Assembly: GCA_965223545.1 (NCBI GenBank)
Contig: OZ245006.1
Coordinates: 832,001 to 896,000 of the forward strand
Origin: Planctomycetota bacterium
GTDB lineage: Bacteria > Planctomycetota > UBA1135 > UBA2386
DNA length: 64,000 nucleotides
Direction of reading: 5' to 3'
The notes beneath the pieces were generated by a model, which had not been told where the DNA came from, did no database searches, and saw only the letters and a program-made list of their open reading frames with translations. Position 1 is the first letter of the stretch; every line of letters starts with the position of its first letter. The position numbers and the translations under genes are program-made. Shown in pieces: positions 38,808 to 57,372 of this stretch.

Positions 38808-40202
38808 TCACCGGCGGCGCGCGCAGAGCGCGGGCACCGCGGTGCCACTCACCACCAACAGCACGATCGCCGGCCACGGCTGCAGGAGCAGACGTCCCAG
38901 CGCCGTGCGCAGGTGCCAGTCCAGGTTGTGCGGCGACACGGCGACGAAGTACAGCAAGAACGCGGCGACCACCGCGAGCGGCACCGGCAGCCAACGCCAC
39001 GCTCGTCGCCAATCCGGGGCGCGCCCGACGCAGAGCGCGTAGGCGCCCAGCCACAGGTAGCCCATCCCGCCCCATTCGCCTTCGGTCGACAGGCGGTAGA
39101 CCCGCGCCAACGCCGCCGAGGCCACCTGCCGGTAGCGATCGGGTTCGGCCAGGCGGGCGGCGATCGCCGCCCCATCGGTGCCGGCCGCGAGAAGATCGCT
39201 GGCGGGCGCCAACCAGACTTTGAAGAGGACCACTGCCAGGCACGGCAGCAGAGCGCCCGCCGCCACCTCGACGGCGGCGCGGGCTCGCAGGGCGCCTCCG
39301 CCGCCGCGCCAGCGGCACCAGCCGGCACTGACCACCGCCCACCCCAACAGCGCCGCGGCGAACAAGAGCCCCTCGTCCTTGGTGAACGCCGCGCAGCCCG
39401 CCGCCAGGCCGGCGAGCGCGGACAGCTGGGTGAGCACTCCGATCAATGCCGCGCTGGCAAAGAACGCCACCGCGACATCGGCGGCCTGCTCGGCGCCGTG
39501 GCGCACCAAGAACGGCGTGCCCAGCAGCGCCACCGCCGCCAACGCCCCAGCGGCACTGCCGCGCCGCAGCGCCACGGCCGCGCCCACCGCCGCCACGGTA
39601 GAGGCCAACATGGCGACGCCGAACACCAGCGGCCACAGCGCGGTGCGCTCGCCGGCGTAGAGCCAGCCGCGGACGACGCCGCACGGCAACAGCAAGGGGT
39701 AGTCGACATGCGCCAACCCCTGGGCACACAGCACCAGGTCCCATTCGCCGAACGCCTCGTGCAGGAAGCGCGCACGCAGGTTCCAGATGCCGATCGCATC
39801 CCCGTTGCCGTGCGGCAGCTCGACCGCGGTCGCGATCAGCGACGCGAGCGCCGCCACCGCCATCACGCCGACCACCGACCACAACCACCACCGCGCCGCC
39901 GGCCCGGCCGCGGCGGGAGCCGGCCAGACTAGGGGACGCCGCCAGCGCGCCACCGCCCAGGCACCGGCGCCGAGGACGACGTCGCCCAACACGACCGTCC
40001 CCCGCCCCAGGCCGAAGCACAGCGCCCAGAGAAAGGTGAACACCGACGTCATGCCGAGGCCGATGCCGAACGCCAGCGCGATGCGCAGCACGCGGCCGGC
40101 GCCGCGCGCGCCGCGCGGCATCCCCGCCGCGGACACCACCCAGCGACCGACCGCGCCGCTGGTGGCCAGCGCCGCCAACGCGAAGATCACTGCCGACGCC
40201 AC
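38808..40202 (-). CDS. Multi-TM GT-C fold (GT39-like) glycosyltransferase
   Basis: DAIGIWNLRAR, HVDYPLL, ADV, KDEG; many TM helices. Confidence 0.6.
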   Translation of the reverse strand: MASAVIFALAALATSGAVGRWVVSAAGMPRGARGAGRVLRIALAFGIGLGMTSVFTFLWALCFGLGRGTVVLGDVVLGAGAWAVARWRRPLVWPAPAAAGPAARWWLWSVVGVMAVAALASLIATAVELPHGNGDAIGIWNLRARFLHEAFGEWDLVLCAQGLAHVDYPLLLPCGVVRGWLYAGERTALWPLVFGVAMLASTVAAVGAAVALRRGSAAGALAAVALLGTPFLVRHGAEQAADVAVAFFASAALIGVLTQLSALAGLAAGCAAFTKDEGLLFAAALLGWAVVSAGWCRWRGGGGALRARAAVEVAAGALLPCLAVVLFKVWLAPASDLLAAGTDGAAIAARLAEPDRYRQVASAALARVYRLSTEGEWGGMGYLWLGAYALCVGRAPDWRRAWRWLPVPLAVVAAFLLYFVAVSPHNLDWHLRTALGRLLLQPWPAIVLLVVSGTAVPALCARRR

Positions 40203-40684
40203 AACACCACCTCGCTGCCCTCGCCGCTGACCGGCTCGAAGCCGGCACCGCTCAGGTCGACGGCGTGCTCAGGCGACTCGTAGTTGCCGACGACGAACCT
40301 CGCGTGCTCGTACAGGGGGGTCGAGGGCAGCGCCACGATGCGCGGCACGAGCGCTTGCTGCGTCAGCATGTAGTGCAAGAACGCGCGTTCGGCGCGCTGC
40401 TTGACGGCGGCATCCGCCATGCCCTGCTCGTAGGTCACCCCCATCATCTCCGCCGCGGTGATGTAGCCGACGATCGGGATGCCGACGCCGAACGGATCGA
40501 CCGACGGCCCCTCGCGCGGCAAGTGCTCGAGCACGGCGTCGAAACGGCGCGCGTAGTCGACTCCGGGACCGGTGCGGTCGGCCGCGCGCCGGCACAGCGC
40601 GATCGCCTGACCGGCGGCCGCCCACACCGCCAACGCGACGAAGCCGGCGAGAGCCAGCGCCGCCAGCCGCGGTCGGCGCGGCAT
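40187..40684 (-). CDS. Hypothetical membrane-anchored protein, overlapping the GT-C gene start
   Basis: N-terminal hydrophobic helix; LTQQALVP, VVGNY; start uncertain (40684 or 40732). Confidence 0.55.
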   Translation of the reverse strand: MPRRPRLAALALAGFVALAVWAAAGQAIALCRRAADRTGPGVDYARRFDAVLEHLPREGPSVDPFGVGIPIVGYITAAEMMGVTYEQGMADAAVKQRAERAFLHYMLTQQALVPRIVALPSTPLYEHARFVVGNYESPEHAVDLSGAGFEPVSGEGSEVVLWRRQ

Positions 40685-40760
40685 TTGTCGCGGTTCCGCG
40701 TCGCCGCTAGGGTGTGCCTCGCCGTGCCGCATGACCGGCCGAAGAATACCCCTGCCCGCG

Positions 40761-41708
40761 ATGACCATCGAACCAAACCGGCCCGGCGACGGGGCGGCCG
40801 CGCCACCGCCGCCGCGCGTCGCCTGCGACGCCAGCACCGGCCGGCCCATCCTGCTGGCGCCCCAGCGCCGCCACCGGCCGTATCTGTTCGGTGAGCGCGC
40901 GCGCGGCGTGTCCTGCCCCTTCTGCGAGGGCGAGGAGAGCCGCACGCCGCCGGAGGTCGATGCGCTGCGGCCACGCGGCGGCGCCGCCGACGGTCCCGGC
41001 TGGACCGTGCGGGCGGTGCCCAACCTGTACCCGGCCAGTCCGCAGCACGAGGTCGTGATCGAGGGCGCGGCCCACACCGTGCACCCCGCCGCGCTCGACG
41101 CGGCGCTGTTGCCGCAGGCGATCGCGCTGTACCAGCGCCGCATCGCCGCCATCGAGGCGAACTCCGGTGTCGCCTGTGCCTACCTGTTCAAGAACGTCGG
41201 CCGCCGGGCGGGGGCCTCGATCGCCCACAACCACAGCCAGGTGCTCGGCCTGCCGATGATCCCGCCCCGCCTGCAGCTCGAGCTCGAGCAAGGCCGCGCG
41301 CACTCGCGATGCCCACACTGTGCCGAGATCGAGACTGCGGCCGCGGATGGACGGATCGTCGCGCGCAGCGACCACCACATCGTGCTGTGTCCACGCGCGC
41401 CCAAGTTCCCCTACGAGACCTGGCTGCTGCCGCTGGCGCACGACGACGACTTCGTCGCCGACGACGACGCGCTCCGCGCCGACCGGGCGCGCGCGCTGGC
41501 GGCGATGTTCACCGCCCTGCGGCGGAACTTCGACGACCCGCCGTTCAACATGTTCTTGCACCGCATTCCGAAGACCGACTTCCACTGGCACTGGGAGCTG
41601 GTCCTGCGCACGGGCAACCTCGCTGGTCTCGAGCTCGGTGGCGACATGTACATCAACGCGGTCGAGGGCGCCGAGGCGGCCGCGCGGCTGCGCGGATCGC
41701 GGCCCTGA
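40761..41708 (+). CDS. galT: Galactose-1-phosphate uridylyltransferase-like (GalT/HIT family)
   Basis: CPFCEGEE..TPPE, VPNLYP, HEVVIE, FKN.G..AGASIAHNHSQ, HWH. Confidence 0.8.
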   Translation: MTIEPNRPGDGAAAPPPPRVACDASTGRPILLAPQRRHRPYLFGERARGVSCPFCEGEESRTPPEVDALRPRGGAADGPGWTVRAVPNLYPASPQHEVVIEGAAHTVHPAALDAALLPQAIALYQRRIAAIEANSGVACAYLFKNVGRRAGASIAHNHSQVLGLPMIPPRLQLELEQGRAHSRCPHCAEIETAAADGRIVARSDHHIVLCPRAPKFPYETWLLPLAHDDDFVADDDALRADRARALAAMFTALRRNFDDPPFNMFLHRIPKTDFHWHWELVLRTGNLAGLELGGDMYINAVEGAEAAARLRGSRP

Positions 41709-41784
41709 AGCGTTCGCGCCCGATTCGCCTCCCCGCGGTCGGATCCCGTGCGCGCCCCGGCACCGCCGGCTACCCTGGGCGGTC

Positions 41785-43194
41785 ATGGACCGCACCACCA
41801 CCGCGCGCTTCGTCGACGACGTCTGGGAGCAGTCGATCGTTCCCAACCTGATCGACTACATCAAGATCCCCAACAAGTCGCCTCTGTTCGATCCGAAGTG
41901 GGCCGAGAACGGCCACATGGACAAGGCCGTCGAGCTGATCGGTGGTTGGTGCAAGGAGCAGCCGATCGAGGGCCTCGTCGTCGACGTCGTGCGGCTCGAG
42001 GGTCGCACGCCGCTGATCTACATGGAGGTGCCGGGCGAAGGCGACGACACCGTGCTGCTCTACGGGCATCTCGACAAGCAGCCGGAGATGGTCGGCTGGC
42101 ACGACGACCTCGGGCCGTGGAAGCCGGTGCGCAAGGGCGAGAAGCTGTACGGGCGAGGCGGGGCCGACGACGGCTACGCCGCGTTCGCCTCGCTGACCGC
42201 GCTGCGCGCGATGCAGGAGCAGGGCGTGCCGCACGCGCGCTGCGTGATCCTCATCGAAGGCTGCGAGGAGAGCGGCAGCTTCGATCTGCCCTACTACATC
42301 GACGCGCTCAGCGAGCGCATCGGCAGCCCCAGCCTGGTGGTGTGCCTCGACTCCGGCGCCGGCAACTACGACCAGCTTTGGTGCACGACGTCGCTGCGCG
42401 GCATCGTCGCCGGTGACCTCGTGGTGAAGATCCTCACCGAGGGCGTGCACTCCGGCGACGCCAGCGGGTTGGTGCCCTCGTCGTTCCGCATTCTTCGCCA
42501 GGTGCTCTCGAGGATCGAGAACGAGGGCACCGGACTGATCGTCGACGACTTCCACGTCGAGATCCCGGAGCAGCGGCTGGCGCAGGCGAAGGTGTGTGGC
42601 GAGGTGCTGGGGCCGTTCCTGCACGAGCGCTTCCCCTGGGTCGAAGGCGCCGGACCGACGAGCCGCGACCTCACCGAGTGCGTGCTCAACCGCACCTGGC
42701 GACCCGCGTTGTCGGTGACCGGTGCCGACGGGCTGCCCAGTCTCGACAACGCCGGCAACGTGCTGCGGCCGCAGACCGCGGTCAAGCTGTCGCTGCGGGT
42801 GCCGCCGACGATGGACGTCGCCGCCGCCAGCCACCGGCTCAACGAGATCCTCACCGCGGACCCGCCGTACGGCGCCACGGTCGAGTTCCACGGCGAACAG
42901 GGCGGTGCTGGTTGGAACGCGCCCGCGCTGGCGCCGTGGCTCGAGCAGGCCGCCGAGCGCGCCTCGCAGACCTTCTTCGACGCGCGCGCGGTGTACATGG
43001 GCGAGGGCGGTTCGATCCCGTTCATGGGCATGCTGGGCGAGAAGTTCCCCGAGGCCCAGTTCTTGATCACCGGCGTGCTCGGGCCGCAGTCCAACGCGCA
43101 CGGCCCCAACGAGTTCTTGCACATCGAATGCGGCAAGCGGCTCACCAGCTGCGTGGCGCAAGTGATCGAGGACCACCACCGCCGTGCGCGCTGA
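41785..43194 (+). CDS. M20 family metallopeptidase
   Basis: YGHLDKQP, YGRGGADDG, IEGCEESGS, HSG, GGSIPF, NAHGPNE. Confidence 0.92.
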   Translation: MDRTTTARFVDDVWEQSIVPNLIDYIKIPNKSPLFDPKWAENGHMDKAVELIGGWCKEQPIEGLVVDVVRLEGRTPLIYMEVPGEGDDTVLLYGHLDKQPEMVGWHDDLGPWKPVRKGEKLYGRGGADDGYAAFASLTALRAMQEQGVPHARCVILIEGCEESGSFDLPYYIDALSERIGSPSLVVCLDSGAGNYDQLWCTTSLRGIVAGDLVVKILTEGVHSGDASGLVPSSFRILRQVLSRIENEGTGLIVDDFHVEIPEQRLAQAKVCGEVLGPFLHERFPWVEGAGPTSRDLTECVLNRTWRPALSVTGADGLPSLDNAGNVLRPQTAVKLSLRVPPTMDVAAASHRLNEILTADPPYGATVEFHGEQGGAGWNAPALAPWLEQAAERASQTFFDARAVYMGEGGSIPFMGMLGEKFPEAQFLITGVLGPQSNAHGPNEFLHIECGKRLTSCVAQVIEDHHRRAR

Positions 43195-44068
43195 GCGCGC
43201 ACGGCGGCGCGCACCCGTCGGGGTCTGGCTGACCGCCGCGGCCCTGGCCGGGCAGGGCGCCACGGTCGAGGAGCTGGTCGGCCAGGGCCAGGAAGCGTGC
43301 GCCCGACACGACTGGCAGACCGCCCTGACGGCACTGTCGCGGGCGCTGGCCATCGAGCCCGATCACCTGCAGGCGCTGCGCTTGACGGGCCACGCCCTCA
43401 CCGCCACCGGTCGCTACGAGGCCGCCCTCGAGGCCCTCGAGGCGGCCTACGCGCAAGAACCGGACGACGCCTGGAATTGCTATGCGCGCGCCATGGCGCT
43501 GCACCACCTCGGCGAGTTCGACCGGGCGGTGGCCGGCTACAGCAACGCCCTCGCCGCCGATCCGACGTTCCACAAAGCACACCAGTGGCGCGGCTACACG
43601 CTGAGCTTGTTGGGCGATGCGCTCGGCGCGCTGCGCGATCTCGACATCGCGCTCGGGGCCGATCCCGCCAACCGCGATCTCCGGGTGATCCGCGCCAAGG
43701 TGTACGTCGCCGTCGACGACCTGGAGCGGGCGGAGGCCGACCTGCGGCGCGCCGTCGAGCTCGATCCGGAGCACGCCCCGACCGTGGCCCAGCTGGGCTT
43801 CCTGCTCGTGTGCCGCGGCGAGGAGGCGGCCGGTGCGCACGTCTTGCGACGGGCGGTGCAACTCGACGCCGAGGGACAGCACGAGGCGCCGCTCTGGCTG
43901 GACATCCTCGCGGTGCGCCGGGGAGAGACCGGCGGGGCGTTCGAGCCTGGCGACAACCAGGGCGAGGCCTGGCTGCACGCCGCCGCCCTGGCCATGGCCG
44001 AGGGCGACGAGAGCGGCGCGCGGCTCGCGCTGGCCTCTTGTCTCGCCGCCGAGACCAAGGACCAATAC
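43184..44068 (+). pseudogene. 5' (TPR) part of an IS-disrupted TPR-SMP30 fusion gene
   Basis: About 6 TPR-like repeats; reading frame runs into the IS left end after ...ETKDQY. Confidence 0.8.
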
Positions 44069-45314
44069 AGAACTGCAGCCCTTCCGTGGGCCTGGCTAGC
44101 TGAGAGACGCAGACCGAGACGTAACCGGAGCCCTCTTCCGAGTCACTGGAAGTGACGCAGGGCCAACTGCGCAACGGTGCCCTTTTGGTCCCCCCCGCGT
44201 TGTGTCCCGGAGGTCGCCGATGTTCGTTCCCCCGCGTTGCCCCAACTCAGCTTGCCCACACAACCGCAGCCCGCGGCCCGGCTTCTTCGTATGCCGTGGC
44301 TACTACTACCCCAAGTGCCGCGCCCAAGGCGTGCCGCGCTTCCGCTGCCGCCATTGCCGGCAGGGCTTCTCGCGGCAGACGTTCCGCATGGATTACCGCG
44401 ACCACAAGCCCGACCGCAACGCCTGGATCGTCATGTTGCTCTGCTCTGGCCTCGGCCTGCGACAGACCGCACGCCTCGCCGGGCTCACGGCGCGCAACAC
44501 CGAGATGAAGTTCCGCAAGATCGGTCGTCACGTCCGCCGCCTAAACAACAACTTACGGGGTGACCTCCCGGTCGGCTCGAGCTTGCAGTTCGACGAACTC
44601 GAGAGCTACGAGGGCCGCCGCAACACGCGGCCCCTGACGCTGCCTGTCTTGATCGAGCGCGGGAGCCGCTTCATCCTCGCAGCGCGGTCGGCCCCGATCC
44701 GCCCCGGTGGCCCCAAACCGGCTGCGCGACGGCGAGCGATAGAGGCCGACGCGCGGCGGTTTGGCCGGCGGCCGTCGCGGTCGCGCGCGGCAACGCGCAA
44801 TGCGCTGTGCCGGGGCGCGCGCGCTTGCACTCGGTTGACCACCGTGTTGCTCGAAACGGACGAGAAAACGACCTACTCAGGACTCGCGAGGGGCATTTTC
44901 GGCGCGCGGCTCGAGCACCGGCGAACACCGAGCACGCTGCCGCGCGAGACCTGGAACCCGCTGTTCGCGATCAACCATACCGAGGCAATGGCGCGCGACC
45001 TCAACGGTCGTCTGCGGCGCGAGTCCTGGCTGGTCAGCAAGAAGCGCTGTTTCCTCAACCTGCAGCTGCACATCTACACCGCGTACCGCAACTTCACGCG
45101 ACCGCGCTTCAACTTCGACCGAGACACGCCGGCGATGCTGGTTGGCTGGCTCCCCCAGAAGTTGCGGCTGAACCAGGTGCTATCCTGGCGCCAGGACTGG
45201 GGCACGCGCAGCGGCCATCCGCTGGATCGAAACGCGAAACCGATCGAGAACTTCCTGAAGAGCGCTGCCTGAGTTTCTTGCGGCCGTGCCGGACCACGGA
45301 AGGGCTGCAGTTCG
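44069..45314 (+). mobile_element. Complete IS1-like insertion sequence, 1246 bp
   Basis: Perfect 20-bp TIRs gaactgcagcccttccgtgg (44070-44089) and ccacggaagggctgcagttc (45294-45313); direct repeat gaccaatac at 44060-44068 and 45315-45323. Confidence 0.93.
44220..45272 (+). CDS. DDE transposase, IS1-like (Zn ribbon + HTH + catalytic domain in one ORF)
   Basis: CPNSAC...CRHC, GLRQTARL HTH, QFDELE, ETD, NHTE..RD...LRR; GGAGG SD before ATG 44220. Confidence 0.85.
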   Translation: MFVPPRCPNSACPHNRSPRPGFFVCRGYYYPKCRAQGVPRFRCRHCRQGFSRQTFRMDYRDHKPDRNAWIVMLLCSGLGLRQTARLAGLTARNTEMKFRKIGRHVRRLNNNLRGDLPVGSSLQFDELESYEGRRNTRPLTLPVLIERGSRFILAARSAPIRPGGPKPAARRRAIEADARRFGRRPSRSRAATRNALCRGARACTRLTTVLLETDEKTTYSGLARGIFGARLEHRRTPSTLPRETWNPLFAINHTEAMARDLNGRLRRESWLVSKKRCFLNLQLHIYTAYRNFTRPRFNFDRDTPAMLVGWLPQKLRLNQVLSWRQDWGTRSGHPLDRNAKPIENFLKSAA

Positions 45315-46194
45315 GACCAATACGAATACCTCTACGCGCGCTCTCTGCTGTCCGCGCTCGGCCCGGCGAGCGCCACTCCGTGGCTGCTGGCACCTGGCGG
45401 GCAGCCGGTGCGGATCGCCACCGGGCTGCGGTTCACCGAAGGACCGGTCTGGATCCCGTCACGCGACGAGCTCGTGTTCAGCGACATTCCCAGCCGGCGG
45501 CTGCTGCGCTGGCATCCACAGGCGGGCCTGTCGGAGCTGCGCGCCAGCGACGAGTCCAAACGGCAACGCCCTCGACGCGGACGGGCGACTCCTGACCTGC
45601 CAGCACGCCGCCCGCAACGTCGTGCGCACCGAAGCCGACGGCACGGTGACCGTGTTGGCCGAGACGCTCGACGGCCGCCGCTTCCACTCCCCCAACGACC
45701 TGGCGGTGCACGCCGACGGCTCGGTCTGGTTCACCGATCCCACCTACGGGTTGCACGGCGAAGAAGAGCTCCCGGTGCGCGGTGTCTACCGCTGGGATCC
45801 GGACAGCGGCACGGTCGCCGAACGGCTGGGCGGCTTCGCCCAGCCCAACGGCATCGCGTTCTCGCCGGACGGCCGCCGGCTCTGGGTGTCCGACTCGGCA
45901 CCGATCGGCGTCGTCCGCGGCTTCGATCTGGAGGGCACGGACATCCTGCACCTCGCCGTCGCCATCCCGGTGCGGAGCGACGGGATGGCGACCGATCAGC
46001 ACGGCAACCTGTACACCACGTGTCGCGACGGCGTGCGGGTGTTCAGCCCCGACGGAACCGCCCTGCTCCGCATCCCGGTACCCGAGGAGCCGAGCAACTG
46101 CTGCTTCGGCGGAGCCGCCGGCAGCACGCTGTTCATCACCGCGCGCACCTCGGTGTACGCGGTGGAGATGCGCGTGCGGGGCCGCGCCCGCTGA
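45315..46194 (+). pseudogene. 3' (SMP-30/gluconolactonase) part of the disrupted fusion gene, with a +1 frameshift
   Basis: FTEGPVW, FSDIP in one frame; NGNALD, SPND, FTDPTYG, PNGIAFSPD in another; extra A in tccaaacggc (45558-45560). Confidence 0.8.
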
Positions 46195-46198
46195 GGCG

Positions 46199-50422
<4,224 letters not shown>

Positions 50423-50494
50423 CGGTTCCTAGATCCTTGTCTGAGTGCTCGTTGACGCACGCTGTTTAGAGACAGCCCCGCCGACAGGTCGCGC

Positions 50495-54205
<3,711 letters not shown>

Positions 54206-54363
54206 CCTGTGCACCTGCCTGCGGTCCCCTCCGCCGGCGGTGAGCGCCGGGTCGGAGGCGAAGATCGAGAGACGAGCCGAGAGCTGCAGGGTGCGCACTC
54301 ACGCGCGGCGCACCCCTACACCCTCAGGAGCCGACGCACCCCACCACCGGGCCGCGCCGCTCA

Positions 54364-54457
54364 GCAAAAACCGAACCAACCAAACGAAAACAGTACAGCC
54401 CCGAACCCCCCCGTTGCAAACCCCTTTCCAAGTTTTGGCGGGGCGGTTTTGGGAGGA
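54364..54457 (-). terminator. Possible rplL-rpoB attenuator/terminator
   Basis: On minus strand, C-rich/G-rich complementary segments followed by U-rich ttttcgtttggttggttcggttttt. Confidence 0.4.
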
Positions 54458-54494
54458 GCGGAGCCGCGTGGCAGCGCAAGAGCGCCAAGCGAAG

Positions 54495-54893
54495 CTACTT
54501 GAGCTCGACCTCGGCGCCGGCGTCCTCGAGCTTCTTCTTGATCTCTTCGGCGTCGGCCTTCGAGACCCCTTCCTTGATCGGCTTCGGCGCCTCGTCGACG
54601 ACGGCCTTGGCCTCCTTGAGGCCCAGACCGGTCAGCTCGCGCACGACCTTGATCACCGGGATCTTCTGGCCACCCGCGCTCTTGAGGACCACGTCGAACT
54701 CGGTCTGCTCTTCGGCGGCCTCGGCGGCGGCCGGAGCGGCCATTGCGACCGCGGCGGGAGCCGCGGCAGACACGCCCCAGCGGTCCTCCATGGCCTTGAC
54801 CAGCTGCGAGGCCTTGCCGAGCGGCAAGGCGTCGAGCTTCTGGAAGATGTCCTCGAGATCGGGGTCGAGAGTGATGGCGGCTTCTTCAGACAT
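54495..54893 (-). CDS. rplL: 50S ribosomal protein L7/L12
   Basis: [37 protein letters not shown]. Confidence 0.98.
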   Translation of the reverse strand: MSEEAAITLDPDLEDIFQKLDALPLGKASQLVKAMEDRWGVSAAAPAAVAMAAPAAAEAAEEQTEFDVVLKSAGGQKIPVIKVVRELTGLGLKEAKAVVDEAPKPIKEGVSKADAEEIKKKLEDAGAEVELK

Positions 54894-54986
54894 GATTGCG
54901 TGCTCCAGCGGGAATTCGAGAGTTCGGGTGTGGTTGGCTTGTCGCGAGGCGCCCCGCGGCGCCGGTCCGGAGGCGGACCGACCCGG

Positions 54987-55517
54987 TCAGGCGTCCCCCT
55001 CCTTGTCGATGCGGGCCTGCAGCGCCCGGGCCAGGGAGGCCGGTCCGGCGCTCTGCACGCACGTCGCCAGCCCGCGCGCGACGCCGACGAGGGCGCCCGC
55101 GAGCTGCGCCCGCACCGTTTGCTTGTCGGGCATGTCGGCGATGTTCTTCGCCGCGTCGCCGGTGATCGCCTCGCCCTCGATCACCCCTCCGGTGACCACC
55201 ACGGGCGGCTGCTTGGCCTTGCCGAACGCCTCGCGGACGATCTTGGCGGCTCCGATCGCCCCCTCCTCGGGGGCGACGACGACGCCGCACTTGCCGCGAA
55301 AGGCCTCCGACAAATCGAGCTGCATGCCGCTGAACGCCTTGAGCGCCAGCCGGTTCTTGACCACGCGATAGTCGACGCCGGCCTCGCGGAACTTGTTGCG
55401 CAGGTCGGCGACCTGCTCCACGGTCAGACCGTCGAACGACAGGACCAGACAGGATCCGGCTCCTTCGAAGCTGCGCTTGAAGTCGTCGAGCAGGATTTCG
55501 TTGACGAGATTCGGCAT
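54987..55517 (-). CDS. rplJ: 50S ribosomal protein L10
   Basis: [17 protein letters not shown]; synteny. Confidence 0.95.
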   Translation of the reverse strand: MPNLVNEILLDDFKRSFEGAGSCLVLSFDGLTVEQVADLRNKFREAGVDYRVVKNRLALKAFSGMQLDLSEAFRGKCGVVVAPEEGAIGAAKIVREAFGKAKQPPVVVTGGVIEGEAITGDAAKNIADMPDKQTVRAQLAGALVGVARGLATCVQSAGPASLARALQARIDKEGDA

Positions 55518-55530
55518 CGCGGCAGCTCGC

Positions 55531-56217
55531 TCAGGAGACGTCGAGTTGGAGACCAGGTCCCATGGTCGTGCTGACCGAGACCTTGCGGATGAACGCGCCC
55601 TTGGCCTGTGGTGGCTTCATCGAGCGCAGGTGGTCGACGAACGCGTTGAGGTTGTCGACCAGATCGTCGGTAGCGAAGCTCTTGCGGCCGATCGCGGCAT
55701 GCACGTTGGCGCCGGCGTCGGTGCGGAACTCGATCTTGCCCGCCTTGAACTCGCGCACCGCGTCGCCGACGTTCGGCGTCACGGTGCCGGCCTTCGGCGA
55801 CGGCATCTTGCCCTGCGGGCCGAGCACGCGGCCCAGCTTGCCGACGAACTTCATCATGTCGGGGGCGGCGATCGTCATGTCGAAGTCGGTGAAGCCCTTC
55901 TCGATCTTCTCGGCGAGGTCCTTGCCACCGACGAAGTCGGCGCCGGCGGCCTCGGCCTCGGTCGCCTTGTCGCCCTCGGCAAACACCGCGATGCGCACCG
56001 ACTTGCCGGTGCCCTTCGGCAGGCTCACCGAACCGCGCACCAGCTGGTCGGTCTTCTTCGGATCGATGCCCAGCCGGACCGCGACTTCGACGGTCTCCTC
56101 GAACTTGACGCCGGGCAGGGACTTCAAGGCGTTGATCGCATCGGTCGGCGAGTAGCGCTGCGAGCGATCGACCTGCGCGCGGGCGCGCTGCATCCGGCGG
56201 CTGTGTCTGCGAACCAT
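55531..56217 (-). CDS. rplA: 50S ribosomal protein L1
   Basis: [37 protein letters not shown]. Confidence 0.98.
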   Translation of the reverse strand: MVRRHSRRMQRARAQVDRSQRYSPTDAINALKSLPGVKFEETVEVAVRLGIDPKKTDQLVRGSVSLPKGTGKSVRIAVFAEGDKATEAEAAGADFVGGKDLAEKIEKGFTDFDMTIAAPDMMKFVGKLGRVLGPQGKMPSPKAGTVTPNVGDAVREFKAGKIEFRTDAGANVHAAIGRKSFATDDLVDNLNAFVDHLRSMKPPQAKGAFIRKVSVSTTMGPGLQLDVS

Positions 56218-56227
56218 GTCGTTTCTC

Positions 56228-56650
56228 CTACACCACCTTGATGCCACAGGACCGCGCGGTCCCTTCGATGACCCGCATCGCCGCTTCGATGCTGGCCGAG
56301 TTGAGGTCCTCCATCTTCATCTCGGCGATCTCGCGCACCTGGTCGCGCGTCACCTCACCGGCGACCTGGCTGCCGGGGGTGTTGGCCGCCGATGCCAGGC
56401 CGGCCGCCTTCTTGAGCAGCACGGCCGCCGGCGGCGACTTCAGCACGAAGCTGAAGGTGCGGTCCTTGTAGGCGCTGATGACCACCGGGATGATCAGCCC
56501 CGGCTTGTCCTTGGTGCGGTCGTTGAACTCCTTGACGAACTGACCGATGTTCAGCCCGTGCTGGCCGAGCGCCGGGCCCACCGGCGGTGCCGGCGTGGCC
56601 TGACCACCCGGGCACTGGAGCTTGATCTGAGCGACGACTTCCTTGGCCAT
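56228..56650 (-). CDS. rplK: 50S ribosomal protein L11
   Basis: [29 protein letters not shown]. Confidence 0.98.
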   Translation of the reverse strand: MAKEVVAQIKLQCPGGQATPAPPVGPALGQHGLNIGQFVKEFNDRTKDKPGLIIPVVISAYKDRTFSFVLKSPPAAVLLKKAAGLASAANTPGSQVAGEVTRDQVREIAEMKMEDLNSASIEAAMRVIEGTARSCGIKVV

Positions 56651-56661
56651 TTGCGTTCCTC

Positions 56662-56702
56662 GTGGTTCGACCGGGGTCGCGCGCGGGGGCGACCCCTCCC
56701 AC
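56662..56702 (-). promoter_or_regulatory. L1-binding autoregulatory leader of the rplK-rplA operon
   Basis: Minus strand GTGGGAG-GGGTCGC...GCGACCC-CGGTCGAACCAC directly before the rplK SD; matches the GTGGGAG...ACCAC L1 target pattern. Confidence 0.7.
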
Positions 56703-56838
56703 TCCGGTTGGCCGCGGTGGCCAGCTCCGGAAAACAGCGGCGCAGCATTGAATCGAGCGACGTGCGCCGGCGCAACGAGTTATCCGCGCTTTTCTGTCGA
56801 GAGGGGCGCGGGACGCCGCGCCCACCGCTCCAGCCGCG

Positions 56839-57372
56839 TCAGATCGACTCGACTTCCCAGTAGCCCAGCGAGACCGGCGTCGCGCGGCCGAAGATGGTCA
56901 CCGACACCTCGAGGGTGCCCTTCTCGGGGTGCACTTCCTCGACGACCCCGTCGATGTTCTCGAACGGGCCCTGCTTGATCTTGACCCGATCACCCTTGTT
57001 GTAGGTGACCGCCATCTTCGGCTTCTCCTGGCTGGCATCCATGCGGCCGAGGACGTTGTCGACCTCGTCGGGGCTCATCGGCGTCGGCTGGCTGCGCGAG
57101 CCGACGAAGTCGCCGAAACCCGGCGTCTCGCGGATCGCGAACCAGACGTCGTCGGTCAGCTCCATCTTCACCATCAGGTAGCCGGGGTAGAGCTTCTTCT
57201 TCTGGATGCGCCGCTTGCCACCGCGGTGGTCGGCCACCGTCTCGGTGGGCACCACCAGCTCGGGCACCAGCTCTTCCAGCCCGGCCTGCTTGATCCGCTT
57301 GATCATGCTCTCGCGGATGCGGTCCTCGCGGCCGACCTGAACGCGCAAGAAGTACCACTCCTGGGTCATCAT
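56839..57372 (-). CDS. nusG: Transcription factor NusG
   Basis: [30 protein letters not shown]. Confidence 0.97.
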   Translation of the reverse strand: MMTQEWYFLRVQVGREDRIRESMIKRIKQAGLEELVPELVVPTETVADHRGGKRRIQKKKLYPGYLMVKMELTDDVWFAIRETPGFGDFVGSRSQPTPMSPDEVDNVLGRMDASQEKPKMAVTYNKGDRVKIKQGPFENIDGVVEEVHPEKGTLEVSVTIFGRATPVSLGYWEVESI

